Below are positions 1-11,472 of a stretch of DNA of 64,000 nt, piece by piece. Positions within the stretch are counted from its first letter, which is position 1; each line of letters starts with the position of its first letter. The DNA lies in NCBI GenBank assembly GCA_013265495.1, contig MU058781.1:9839009-9903008 (forward strand), written 5' to 3'. The DNA is from Vicugna vicugna (lineage: Eukaryota). The translations under genes and the position numbers were made by a program. Under the pieces are notes generated by a model. The model was given only the letters and a program-made list of their open reading frames with translations, did not search any database and had not been told where the DNA came from.

Positions 1-1626
1 ATGTAAGAAACGTTGGTCTGGAGGTTGTTGAAGACACATATGTGTATATCTGGTTGGTTATGAGTGATGTAAGTGATATAAAAAAATGAAGTTAGTGAAT
101 ATCCATTATATCGTCTACCAGAGATTTGACATTCATTGAAAATTGGACAGTATTATTATACTTTATTATTGAAATGAAATGAAACGTGTAAAATGAATGA
201 GTTATATTTATAAGGCACAACCACTTTGCAGGCAATGTATTTGTAACAGTATTTTATTATGCATGTCCTGATGTGAGGGAAATATAAATTGAGATGTAGT
301 GTTCTGAGGTGATTTAAATTTCGGAAGGATAAATGAAATGGAATTTTTGATTGAGATGAATACATTAAATTGTTTGGTTTTACATTTAATTTTTCTTTAT
401 GTATAGACTTCCTAATAGGGCTTCAAATACGTAGAAGGGAACCATTCAATAAGCTAGAGTTAAAAATTTGTTTTAAATATTTAATGATTTAATTAAGTTT
501 TATTAGTGTGATGTTCTTTGCTCTGCTGATTAAAAATTGACAAGGGTCTCATCTGTTTTGTTCCATTTTGCATCATATCTTGGCTAGATTTGTTCTGTAT
601 TTTTATAAACAGTGATAAATACTAATTTCTTAAAATAATTTCTCACATCTACTAAATTTGCAAAGAAAAAAATAGTAAACAATAGTGACACATTAAAACC
701 CACAAAATTTACTCATTGCATGGCTCTTTTGATTTAAAAACTGATATGTTACACTGTGTCTCTAGAGAAAATTTGATTTGCTTTGCTCCAGTTTTCCCTT
801 TATAGTAATAGTCTTTGCCAAAGTACAGAAACTGTTTCATGTCTTACCACTCAGGCTGGGTACAAATAATGCTTGATATTGCACTGGTCCTTCGGGCCTG
901 GGTGGGAGTGAGGCAAAATGGTGGTCAAGCAAACAAACAAGAAGTAAGGGTAAAGAATAAATCACATGAATTATAACATTCTCAACAATGCGGCTACTAT
1001 GAGAGGTTTGTAGGGAGTAGAAGTACTCCAAGTTCATACCTCAGAATTATGCATGCACTCTTAGTGTATTGGCTATGGATTTACCATAAAAGTAGAGTGA
1101 GACTTTAGCCATATGCATTTTTATGGTCCCTCATACTCATAATCCACTGTATTAATTGACCTAAGAATCTACTACCCAATACATCTACAATCTACATGTA
1201 TCTCTGGATAACTTGATGGCTTGATAAATTTTACTGATAATATGAGGGGAAAGGAAGAGAATCTAGGATGCAATATTTATCCAACACGCTGTTGACCCTC
1301 GGTAACAGAATAGGGTTCTCCAGATTTTCCTGACAAAGTCCCTGCCCTTTGCCCTGGTGGTGATCAACAGTAAAACTTACCTTCAAATGTGCTTCTGAAA
1401 GAAAAATAAAATATGTTTTAAAGCTAATAGATATAGATAGTTGTTAACTACCCTCTTTTCTTTTTAGGAAAAAAAATGCCATTATCCAAAATTCACACTT
1501 ACTTTGTCAGATTTTTCAAGATTCAGGACCACAGCTTACCAGTAGGTAGGGAGTTATGTTGAAAACAGCCTTGTGTTCTGTTGAATGTTGGAATGTTATT
1601 ACTAAAGATGAGAACTAAGCTTCCTG

Positions 1627-1789
1627 TTAGGACAGTCACTAGCAACATGTGGTTATTAACATTTAAGTTTAAATGAATTAAATTTAAATAGATAAAATGT
1701 TAGCCCTTTCAGTAGCCACATGTGGTTTGTGGCTGCCACGTTGGACAGTGTAAAAATTTCATCACAGAAAGTTCTTTGTATCGCACTGG
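1627..1789 (-). mobile_element. MER3-like hAT-Charlie non-autonomous DNA transposon
   Basis: AT-rich core plus tagccacatgtggtttgtggctgccacgttggacag...catcacagaaagttct...gcactg, matching the reverse of the recalled MER3 consensus. Confidence 0.8.
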
Positions 1790-1869
1790 ATTAAAAAGTT
1801 TACGGATATGGTACCTAGGAAACAGTGTTTTTAGTTGGGCCCTACTAGGCATAGCAACAGTAAACACCA

Positions 1870-2200
1870 GCATTTCAGTAATGAGTATTTCTTGTTCATT
1901 TAGCCTCTAATGTGGGTGCTCCTGGTTGTAAGACAACTTTTGTCTCTGTGGTAAAGACCCAGTCCCTTCTGCCTTGTAATTCTGCCGCGCTCCAAGTCCT
2001 TGGGGTCCTGCTTTCTCCTGCTGGAAGGGGAAAGTAAGGGTGGAGAAGCTGTACTGACTTCTTACCGATCTTGACCTGAAAGTGCTAAAATCAACTTCCT
2101 GTCAGAATCCATTGGTGAGAGCTAGTCATATGGGCCACCTAGAGACAAAGCTTTCCAATAGCAACTCTGTCTTATGGAAGGAGAAGGCATTGAGAAACTG
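1870..2200. mobile_element. Degraded MLT1-type (ERVL-MaLR) LTR fragment
   Basis: agacccagtcccttctgccttgt...ccattggtgagagctagtcatatgggccacct, motifs typical of old MLT1J/K LTRs. Confidence 0.55.
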
Positions 2201-3086
2201 CCCCAGGATCTCAGTAGTTGGGAAACTCTGTGAAATAAATACTAATTTTATATGAAAAAGTAAATGAATGGTCAAGGGGCAGTTTTGTGACTTATGGAAC
2301 TAGTTGCATTCCCTCGTCTTTAGCATGCATATATTGTTACTTTCTACCTTTTTGGGAATTGGTTTTCACATAGTAATTTGATAATATCTAAGAGCCAATT
2401 AATATCTTTATCTTCCTATTCTTATACATTGAAACTCCTTATGTTTTACAAATTAACAACAACCTGGTAAGGCAGCTTCATTTTTACTTATTTATATAAC
2501 ATACATAGATTCATTGGAAATTTAAATAAAATAATTATTTTTATGTCAGCTTTTTATTTTGTAGATTAGTGATACCCTTTGTTGCTAGAAATTTTTCTTG
2601 TGGGTTTAAGTATAATTTAGTTTAGAAGAAGAGAATTTGTATAAAATTAGGATTACATGTATTACATAGAGTGAAGTATGCTTGCAAAGGAGTCTTCCTT
2701 ATTGTGTTATGGAAAGAGCTGTTGGCAGAACTCTCATAAAATTCTCTCTTGTAAATCAACTCTCAGGTTAAAAGGTAAACCCTAAATGACCCATACTCAA
2801 AATCTGCATACTATATGCATGTGCATATTGTGATTGGATATCCAGTGCATATATATACAAACATACTTTCCCTTACTGAACCCGGCACTTAGGGGCGCAA
2901 AAAAGTATGGTTCAAGATTACCCTATGTTTAAATTGATTTTGACCATTTTCTTCTATTTCCCTCTATATATCTCCATTTCTGTCTCTATCTCATCTCTAC
3001 TTCTACCTCCATCTCTATTTACTTGTCCTGTACCTGTCTATCTAATCCACCATCACCTGCCATTTGTCATCGTCTATCTGTATCTA

Positions 3087-4135
3087 TTGGCAGTCTTCAC
3101 TTTGCACACTAGTACAAAATTTTACAGTCCCGCTAATGTGGGATTGTAAAAATGACCTTGCAAACTGGAAATGCACAAAGCAATTTGTTCAGTGACCTTT
3201 ACAATTTTTGGTTAAAACATTAAAAACGCTCTTTTCATAAACATGGAGGGAGATGAAAAAACAGTAAGATGTCTGTTTAGTGTTTTATAACTTAAAACAG
3301 AACTATTAGTAATTAGAGTGTTGATTTCTTTGTAAAAATGTGTTGAGAGTAGTTTGAACTTCTTGGTTCAGCCTTACCTTTTTCTCATCATGTAACTAGT
3401 GGTATGGAGTGAATATCTTCTAGGTCATGGCAAATTGCTCTACTGCTTTCTAAGTTTGGATCACCTTCCAACATTTTGTCCTTTGTGTTTTCAGTGTCAT
3501 GAAATATCACTGAGAGTTATTTTATTGTGAAATTTATTTTTACTGATGTTACTTCCTGTGGAACATCTTCATCCTTTTCATCATTAATTATTTTCCTCAT
3601 TTCTGTTGGTAAGTTCTCTTTCACTAAGTTTTTATGGCTATGTGACCAGAATCTCTTGAACAGTGGCAGGGTTAGCATTCCCATGGTCAGCTGTTGATGT
3701 AAGATTCTAATTTAACTTCCATTGTTAGCCCTTTCCTTTCTTTGCTGTACTTTCATCTTTGTTGGCCGTTTCCCTCTTGATTATCCTTTTTGTAAAATGT
3801 TATGTGCGATTTTCACTGGGAGACAAGGGGGCAACACAACAACGTGCCTTTCTGTCTGTGCGTGCACTGAATCACAGGTACACAGAGACCAGTCACCAAC
3901 AGACTTTGGAAGAAGTGCTGTGATTGGTCATGGAATAGGATGCACACCCGTTCTTGACACAGATTTGTGGCCTGAAGAGCAAGAAGCAAAGTTTATACTC
4001 CAAGCGATTGCTCACATTTGATACATTGTGGGAACTGAAATTTGAACCATGTTGTTGGAGACTGGTATTATTTCACTAAACTGTAGTAACTGAACTTTTT
4101 GTATATTGGAATCGTGCAGACAAGGATTGCTTCTG
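3087..4135. mobile_element. Ancient Tigger (TcMar-Tigger, Tigger12/13-like) DNA transposon
   Basis: Degenerate terminal inverted repeats ggcagtcttcactttgcac / gtgcagacaaggattgc. Internal minus-strand pogo-like N-terminal remnant RKGLTMEVKLE near 3705-3737. Confidence 0.75.
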
Positions 4136-4634
4136 TGTGTGTTTTCCTTTTATAGAATCCTCTCTCTGGTCCTCGGATCATTTCCCATTCTCTGCTATCA
4201 TGGCTGCTGCTACACCCCACGTAAAAAACCCTTCGAGCCCTTTATTTACTCTCCTACAGTGTGTCTATGACATAAGCTGGGGCATGTTTGAAGAAAATAA
4301 GCATCACCATTGAGATAAACCCATTATACATTTACCTTTGGAAACTGGATATTGCAATGAATTAGAGGAGGATAAAGAACACTGCAAATGGCAGGAAGAG
4401 CCTCACCCAAGTCTGTTGATGTGATAGCATTCTAATTTTAGAGTAAAATGTTCGTTACTCGAGATGGAAAGTATAACTTGAAACTAGTTAATTACTAGGT
4501 TTGTGAAAGAGCAATGCTGATGTTTACAAATAAATTAGATGTGACTCTGGTGTGCATACAAAACAAATTAAAATAATTCAAAACCACACTGTAATGAATA
4601 AGGTTTTCCCTTGGGTTATCTATAGTAGAATTTA

Positions 4635-4792
4635 GATTCTTGGTTTTCAAACTTTAAAATGCATTTCAATCACTAGGTTTTTTTTTATTATTAAAACATA
4701 GATTCTTGGGTGAACTGGATTCTGAGATTTTGTATTTTTAACTACCTCCCAGGAAATGCTAATACTGCTGACCAAACATGGAGTATCAAGGA
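4635..4792. mobile_element. MER5-like hAT-Charlie fragment
   Basis: ttttcaaactttaaaatgcatttcaatcac...tgtatttttaactacctcccaggaaatgctaatactgctg. Confidence 0.65.
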
Positions 4793-4869
4793 TCTAGAGC
4801 TACCTAGTTTCAGCTGTGTAGATTTAGAAAGCCAAAGTCTTGAGCAAATAAAGCCTCCTCTTATTTAAA

Positions 4870-5160
4870 ATTGCCTTATTTGGCTACTTTCCACTTTCAT
4901 GAACGTGGAAAATATGTACTTGTTAAAGACAACTTTGTACCCTCTATCTCTCTCACTCTCAAACTTCTGCCTTGTGTTTGCCTTTTTTTCCAGCACCCTT
5001 TGAAAGATTCAACTTTCTTTGCTCCTAATGATCACCTTCTATTCATTCACCAGCTCACCGAGGCTGGCTTCAGTCTAGATCTGCACCTTGTACTTTCCCC
5101 CCATGGCTCCAGTCCCCATGTATATTTCAGTGACTCCTAAATTTCCATCTTCCTACCTCC
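4870..5160 (+). mobile_element. L2 LINE fragment
   Basis: cccatggctcc...tgactcctaaatttccatct resembles the L2 3' region. Confidence 0.5.
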
Positions 5161-5179
5161 AAGGCTATCATTGTTCCAC

Positions 5180-5335
5180 TCCCATAATGACCTTGGGCAA
5201 GGCTCTAAACTATTCTGATTCTCACTTTCTACCGCATGATATTTTTGTGGGGATTAAGTAATGTATTACTTGTGAACTGCCTGAAAGAGTACCTAGCATC
5301 TAGTTAAGAATGCAAAAAATATAACCTATTATGCA
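5180..5335 (+). mobile_element. MIR fragment
   Basis: tgaccttgggcaag...gtggggattaagtaatgt...cctagcatctagttaaga. Confidence 0.7.
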
Positions 5336-6049
5336 TTTGTTGAAATTTTGAGAAAAAAGAGCTTTTTTTTTTTTTTAAACTGTATGCCACATGATTTAGG
5401 CATATCCCTAATGGCTTTGAATAATAATAATCATGAGATTCCTCTGATAATATTTCCCTTTCTCTGCAGGCTACAGTAAATACATCAATTTGAATTTCTC
5501 TGGGACGGGGCCCTCTGTTACTAATTCACTTAGTAACGGTTGATTTAGTGGGTGCACCCAATGTACGGATATAATTCCTTGCTCATGGTTTTGGTTGTGG
5601 GCATTGCTCTCCGTTTAAAGCCATGCTAAGTATAACTGTCAGTTTTTTCCAAAGATTATGTTATCTGTCAAGAATTTATCTTTATAGATAGAATTTTTGA
5701 AATTATTCACATTTGGAAAATATTTGAACTGATTTAGAGTTTACTATATTCTATTCCTCACATTAATAAAAATTTAATATTAACCTAAGCCATAGCCTAA
5801 AGAATTTTAGCATGAGAAATGAGCTTGATAATCAATTTATAAATAAATGATATATTTAGTACATTTAATTTAACATACATTTGTTAAATATTTATGAAGG
5901 GTCACTATTTGAATTTAAGTCTTGCTGGCCTCAAGTTTTTTCATGAGGAGATAAATGTGTGAAAAATTCAAATTATTTTCTTTTCCAATTTAGGAATGAA
6001 AAAAAAAATGAGTCCCAAGGAAGTTAACTGACTAACTTAGAGAGGCAGA

Positions 6050-6460
6050 TTGTTACATCAATGCTCCCCTCTCCCAATTGTTCCATCTCCCTGCATCTGT
6101 TTCCTTGTGGTGTTGCCTTCTACTCTGGCTCAGCTTATGCATATGATTGCTCTCCTCCATCATGGAACAATAGCAAATGTGGCGCAAACAGAGGCTTGAT
6201 AAGTGCTTGTTCATTGATTGCACTTGCCCTTTCTTCCTGCTGAGAATCCATCTGCTGAGGTGGGGAGGCCTGGGCTGGCCTCCTGGAGGCCCAGCTGAGG
6301 CCTCAGACATTTGGATGAAGTCATTCTGCATCAACCTGCACCAGCAAGCCAGCCAAGGGGGTTGAACCAACCAGAGAACCCACAGAATTACACACTAATC
6401 ATCGATTTTGTTTTAAGGCCCTGTGGTTTGGGGTGATTGGTTCAATAGCAAACACTAACT
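6050..6460. mobile_element. MLT1 solo LTR nested in a MIR
   Basis: Ends with tgttttaaggccctgtggtttggggtgattggttcaatagcaaacactaact (MLT1 terminus). MIR-like halves at ~5990-6050 and ~6460-6510. Confidence 0.7.
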
Positions 6461-7136
6461 TGAGGCAGGACCAAAACCCAGGTCTTTATTATTCAATTTC
6501 AGCACTCCTTGGAGAATGCTGGGGAAAAGTGGGTAGTTTACTCAGATTTGGAAAACATTGGTCAAAAGGATTTTAAAAATTGAAAAGGGAGAAATCAGAT
6601 CCTTTTACAGTGATATTAGAGGCTTTAGTTTTAGTTAATTTTTACAAAATTCTTTTATCTTTTCAACTAAATAGTTGTTATCTACAGGCATTTTTTTCCC
6701 CTACTTTTATAGTTGCCCTGCACTCTGTTGCATCATAGTATGTGGCTTTTATTATGGGTTAAATTTTCTAGTAAAAATGTAAGATAAAACCATTCAAGCT
6801 TATTCATTTATTGTCTTAACATATTTATGACTCATGGCATATGTATTTTACTTTATACAGGCCTATGGAGTTAAATAAAATAACCAAAGTAGTATAAAGT
6901 AACATTTTTTATTTTCAAACCTTCCTCTGCAGTGCTTTTGCACACTCACATCAGTAGTTCACAACTGCTTAAAAATAAAACAAGTTATTTTTGCTGTTGT
7001 TGTTTTATGTGACACCCAAAGTATTGTGCAGGGCAGAGTAACCCAATGAAAACGAACATCCATTTTTTTGTATTTGTTGTCTTAGTAGTTGCTTTGGTGA
7101 ATCTTTTTTTTCAACTCTTCATCAAGTTTCTTCTGG

Positions 7137-7177
7137 GTTTTGTTTGTTTGGTGTTTTGTTTTGTTTTGTTTTGTTTT
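7137..7177. repeat. (TTTTG)n simple repeat
   Basis: Directly visible imperfect array. Confidence 0.85.
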
Positions 7178-9624
7178 TGGTACTAAGATTGATCTTTTTC
7201 AGGCACCAGATGATTTTTTAAAAATTAAGATTTCCTTTGAATGGGGGTGGGGGATGGGGTAAAACCATGGCTTTTCAGGGGAGGCTGAGCAACTTTGAAG
7301 TCCAGAGCTGTAGCCATGGCTTCATAATGCCTTATTGGGGGGAAAAAATCCCGCAGAAAAGTAAACATTTTGTCAAGGATCTAGACATCAATTGGAGCTT
7401 ATCCAGTATTAAACAGAAACACATGCTTTGTTCAAGGCATTTGCAGAAACACAACCATCCTGCCTTGTTTCATTAATTTTTTTTTTTAAGTTCAATCTTC
7501 TATTTATGCTATGTCATGGCTAAAGGAGGCCCTGGAATTGGGGACAAAGGCAAATTCTTTCAACTAAAGCTGCAGCCCTCCCACTCTCCCCTCCCCAGAG
7601 CCTTTATTCATGACCTCAGGGCCTATTGCCCACCCTGCCCTTCCTTACCCTCTACTTGTTGCTACAGACTTGGTTTAGTCAAGTGTTAATTCTAAGTGCT
7701 GATAAAAAGGAAGCTGAACATACACCTCTTCCTTTGAGGAAAATGCTGTGAGTCAACCCTCTTTTTGGTTTTATTTTCCACCTTATCTGAGCTATACCTG
7801 CTTGTGCTGGTGTTCCCTGTGATGTGGAAGTTTCCTTTTCTAGAAATGGGGAACCTATTTCCTCCTCTAAAAGTTTGAAAGGTACCAGGAGAGGTTGTAC
7901 ATGCTTCTTCTGGACCGTACAATGCTCAGATTTGAAGGACTGTGATACATTAAGTAGAATAGCAACAACGTAACATAAAACTCAGTAGTCAAGGGACTTT
8001 GTCAATCCAGTGGGATAAATCAGCATCAAACCAAAACAAATCCTCCTCAACTCCAGAATACTTTCATTTTTTAAAATAGTAACAGTACAGTTGGTTAATT
8101 AACTAAAATTTGCACTTTTTAGCTCATTATATTGGTATGAATTTAGTACCTTTTTTGTTCTATTAAAAACACAACTTTGGAGTATTTGTAGAGTGTGGGT
8201 ACAATGAAGCACTGACAATGTTTTGGCCAAATTTCTTTAAGAATCACTTATTTTCTAATCACTGTAAAATAATCCTCTGAGTAAGGCAGTTTTACCTGTT
8301 AAATTTCACAATTACCTGTTTATAGAGTTTATAGGCAGTGAGATGGAAGAACATCTGTATTTAATATTTCTTTAAAATCACAATTGTAACTGCTATTTCC
8401 AAGGCCACCCACCTGAGGGGTGAGGAGGCACAATGTGGTCGTAAAAGTGACTCTAGACCCACATGGTAATTCCATGGTTTGTGCTCACCAGTTGGCTTCC
8501 TGGAAGGAGTTTGAGCTCCTATGCTGCTTCTTCCAGTAATTTCTCTGTCAAAGGTAGAACTAAGGCAGGTAGGGGCATAAATAATTTCTCATTAAGAATA
8601 CCTTTTGTTGTTTAGGGGTGGTCTGTGTTGTTCCCCTGTATCTGTCATTTGTATTGCAATTGTTGGCATCATCTTTTGGATCCTACTGGCCACGGTGGAG
8701 ATCTCTGTCATTAAAAAAGGGCTGTGGGCTGAAACATTCTGCCATCATGCTACCCGAGGTTAGACTACGTCATCTCCTCTGTCCTGGTTTGGCACAGGGC
8801 CTCTTTCTCACAGCACCTCTAGGGCAACATCTTAACAATCGCTATTCCTCAGAAGAATTAAAACTGCCTTCTCTCTCTGCATGTCACACTCCCTTCACTT
8901 GGACTTCAGATTAAATCCCTCATCTATTCACTCCATTTTTGAGATTCTCATCCCAATTTATTTGCTGATTATCAACACCATTGGTTACATGGCAAGTTAA
9001 TGAATGCTTTGCCCCAAATTAAAAAAATTATTAAAACATTGGATCATTCAACAAATATTACTTGTTACTAAACCAAGGTATCCTGGGTACATGATTTCCA
9101 AGGGTTATGCTCATGTAGAGAGTTTTAAGGGAAACAATTTTCAGATTCTCGAATTCTTAATTTTCAGGCTCTCTTTTCTAAATTTTTCTCTCTGAAAAAG
9201 CATTTGTATTTGAAGACTCAAATACAGGTCTCTTTCCCACCTCCCCCTTCAGAATTACCCTTATCCTCTTCTATAAAGAAAGGCATGCCTTTCACTCATT
9301 TGGAATCTTACCATTGTGTGATGCCCCAGGGTGTACAGACCTCTGGGATGCCAGACAAAAAGACCATTTGAAATACTCTTGTCGACTAAGCCTTCTTTGA
9401 TCAAGGCACCATGAGCTCATGCTAAGTCTTCATGTCTTTCTGCCTTATATTTATTTCTGTTAAATGTATAGCAAGAAGAGTTTCATGTTGTAACATTCTT
9501 AATTCATATATATAATGGAAGAAAATGGCAGGACTGGACAATTTTCATTCAACAACCTTGCTTCTTTGGCTATGCACCTGCCTGTGAACACCTGATTTAA
9601 GTGGAAAAGGCAATATGTTTGCAA

Positions 9625-9850
9625 TATAGCAATTATAAGTATGAATCCTGGACTCCAGTAGCACTTGTATGTCTTCCCTCTCTACCAGTCAGTAGCTCTG
9701 AAATTTTAGGCAAGCCTCCATTTCCTTATCTCCAAATGCCATTAAAAATAGTGTCCACCTCATGCAGCTGAAGTAAGGATTAATGGAGACAATGGAGGAA
9801 AAACATTTCAGAGAAAGACTAGAATAAAATAAATGCTTAACAAATGTTTG
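9625..9850 (+). mobile_element. MIR
   Basis: ggcaagcctccatttccttatctccaaatg...cacctcatgcag...aaggattaatggaga...atgcttaacaaatgtt. Confidence 0.75.
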
Positions 9851-9934
9851 TTTCATGTATAACCACACTACAAGATTTTCTTATTGCACAGTTACAACAG
9901 GAGAGCATCCCCATGCAAAATCAGCTATCCAGCA

Positions 9935-10102
9935 GTGTAGTAAAGAACTCAACTTCATCCAAAGAGAAGTCTGGCCTTTGTCCTTGTCTCCTAGGAGCTA
10001 ATCTCTAGGCCTTTAGAGTGTTTTCTCTGAGAAAAGTTGACAAAAGTTGTCAAAAGTTGACACTGAGGAAACTGCCTTTGTTTACCTGGAGGCCTTGGGC
10101 CC
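9935..10102. mobile_element. ERVL LTR fragment (MER21-like)
   Basis: Starts tgtagtaaagaactcaac...caaagagaagtctggcctttgtcc and continues gcctttgtttacctggaggccttgggcc. Confidence 0.6.
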
Positions 10103-10139
10103 AGTATTCTGGAGAGCATGTATTCTGACAACAGTCACC

Positions 10140-10345
10140 TTCCAGGTGGTAAACACAATTCATGCATTACCTCATTTGGTCCCCATCACAACAATGTACA
10201 GTCTCTATTATTTCTCCCATTTTAAAGATGAGGAAACTGAGGATCAGAAAGAAATTGTGAACCTCATGCAGATAGTACAACCAGAAGCAGGATTGACATC
10301 CATGATGTCAGATTCCAAAGTCCAGGCTGTTCCCTGCCTGCAATG
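10140..10345 (-). mobile_element. MIR
   Basis: Core ctcccattttaaagatgaggaaactgagg...cagaagcaggattgacatccatgatgtcagattccaaagtcc. Confidence 0.85.
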
Positions 10346-10378
10346 TCATGCTGCATCTTGTGTTAAAGGAGTCTCTCT

Positions 10379-10716
10379 ATAAGTTTGTTTGTCTCATTTT
10401 TTTACATTCCACATATGAATGACACCGTATGATATTTTTCTTTCTCTTTCTGGCTTCCTTCATTTAGTATGACAATCTCCAGGTCCGTCCATATTGTTGA
10501 AACTTATTTACAAAACAGAAACAGACTCACAGACATAGAAAACAAACTTGAGGTTACCAGAGGGGAAGAGGAGGTAGAGGGATAAATTGGGGGCTCTGGA
10601 TTTGCAGATACTAGCTACTATATAGGAAATAGAAGACAAGTTCCTACTTTGTAGCACAGGGAACTATACTCAATATCTTATAATAGCCTGTAATGAAAAA
10701 GAATGTAAAAAGGTAT

Positions 10717-10750
<34 letters not shown>

Positions 10751-10830
10751 ATAAAACTGAATCACTATGCTGTACACCAGAAATCAGCACATTGTAAACT
10801 AACTATACTTCAATAAAAAAATAAAAATAA
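10379..10830 (+). mobile_element. Young cetartiodactyl-type L1 3' end with 5' inversion
   Basis: Inverted segment 10379-10499 joined to sense 3' UTR 10500-10811 (cagaaacagactcacagacatagaaaacaaac...gctgtacaccagaaa...tatacttc), then AATAAA and an A-rich tail. Confidence 0.9.
10715..10750. repeat. (TG)n microsatellite within L1 3' UTR
   Basis: Directly visible. Confidence 0.95.
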
Positions 10831-11257
10831 CGAGAAAGACCTATAGAATAGAAAAGGGCCAGCTGTAAAACAACGTATATGAGTTTAAACAATGCTGTGT
10901 TAATAAACAGGCATGTAACAGCAAAAAAAAAAGTCTTGGCCAGGCTTGCTGAAGGGAAGAGTGACTGAACCAGCCCTGTGTGAGATGCACAGACAGTGGA
11001 ATCAGTGCCCACTGCACTGAAGAATCTTTGTCCTGACAAGTGAAGTAAGATTACTGTACAAGACAGAAACATCACACAGGCAAATGAGGACACAAGAAGC
11101 CAGCTGGTCACACCTAGGGAGTCATCCACGTAAAGTCATGAATTGCAGGTACCAATTTGCAAGAGTGTGGATAGGCAGCAGAGATGGACCAGCTGGACTC
11201 TAAAGCCTGACACCAGGCTCTCATCTGAGTTCTAACATAACTGCTCTTTATAAATCA

Positions 11258-11312
<55 letters not shown>
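11258..11312. repeat. (ATCT)n tetranucleotide microsatellite, ~13-14 units
   Basis: Perfect array directly visible. Confidence 0.97.
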
Positions 11313-11472
11313 GAAGTGTAGTCAGTTTACAATGTTGTGGCAATTTCTGGTGTACAGCACAATACTTCAGTCATATAGGAACATACATATATTCATTTTC
11401 ATATTCTTTCTCACCGTAAGTTACTACAAGATATTGAATATAGTTCCCTGTGCTATGTAGTATGATCTTGTT
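11313..11472 (-). mobile_element. Young L1 3' end
   Basis: gaagtgtagtcagtttacaatgttgtggcaatttctggtgtacagc...gatattgaatatagttccctgtgcta. Confidence 0.9.

Noticed and set aside
5515..5539. Small hairpin gttactaa-ttcac-ttagtaac
   Set aside because: An 8-10 bp AT-rich stem is expected by chance in 64 kb.
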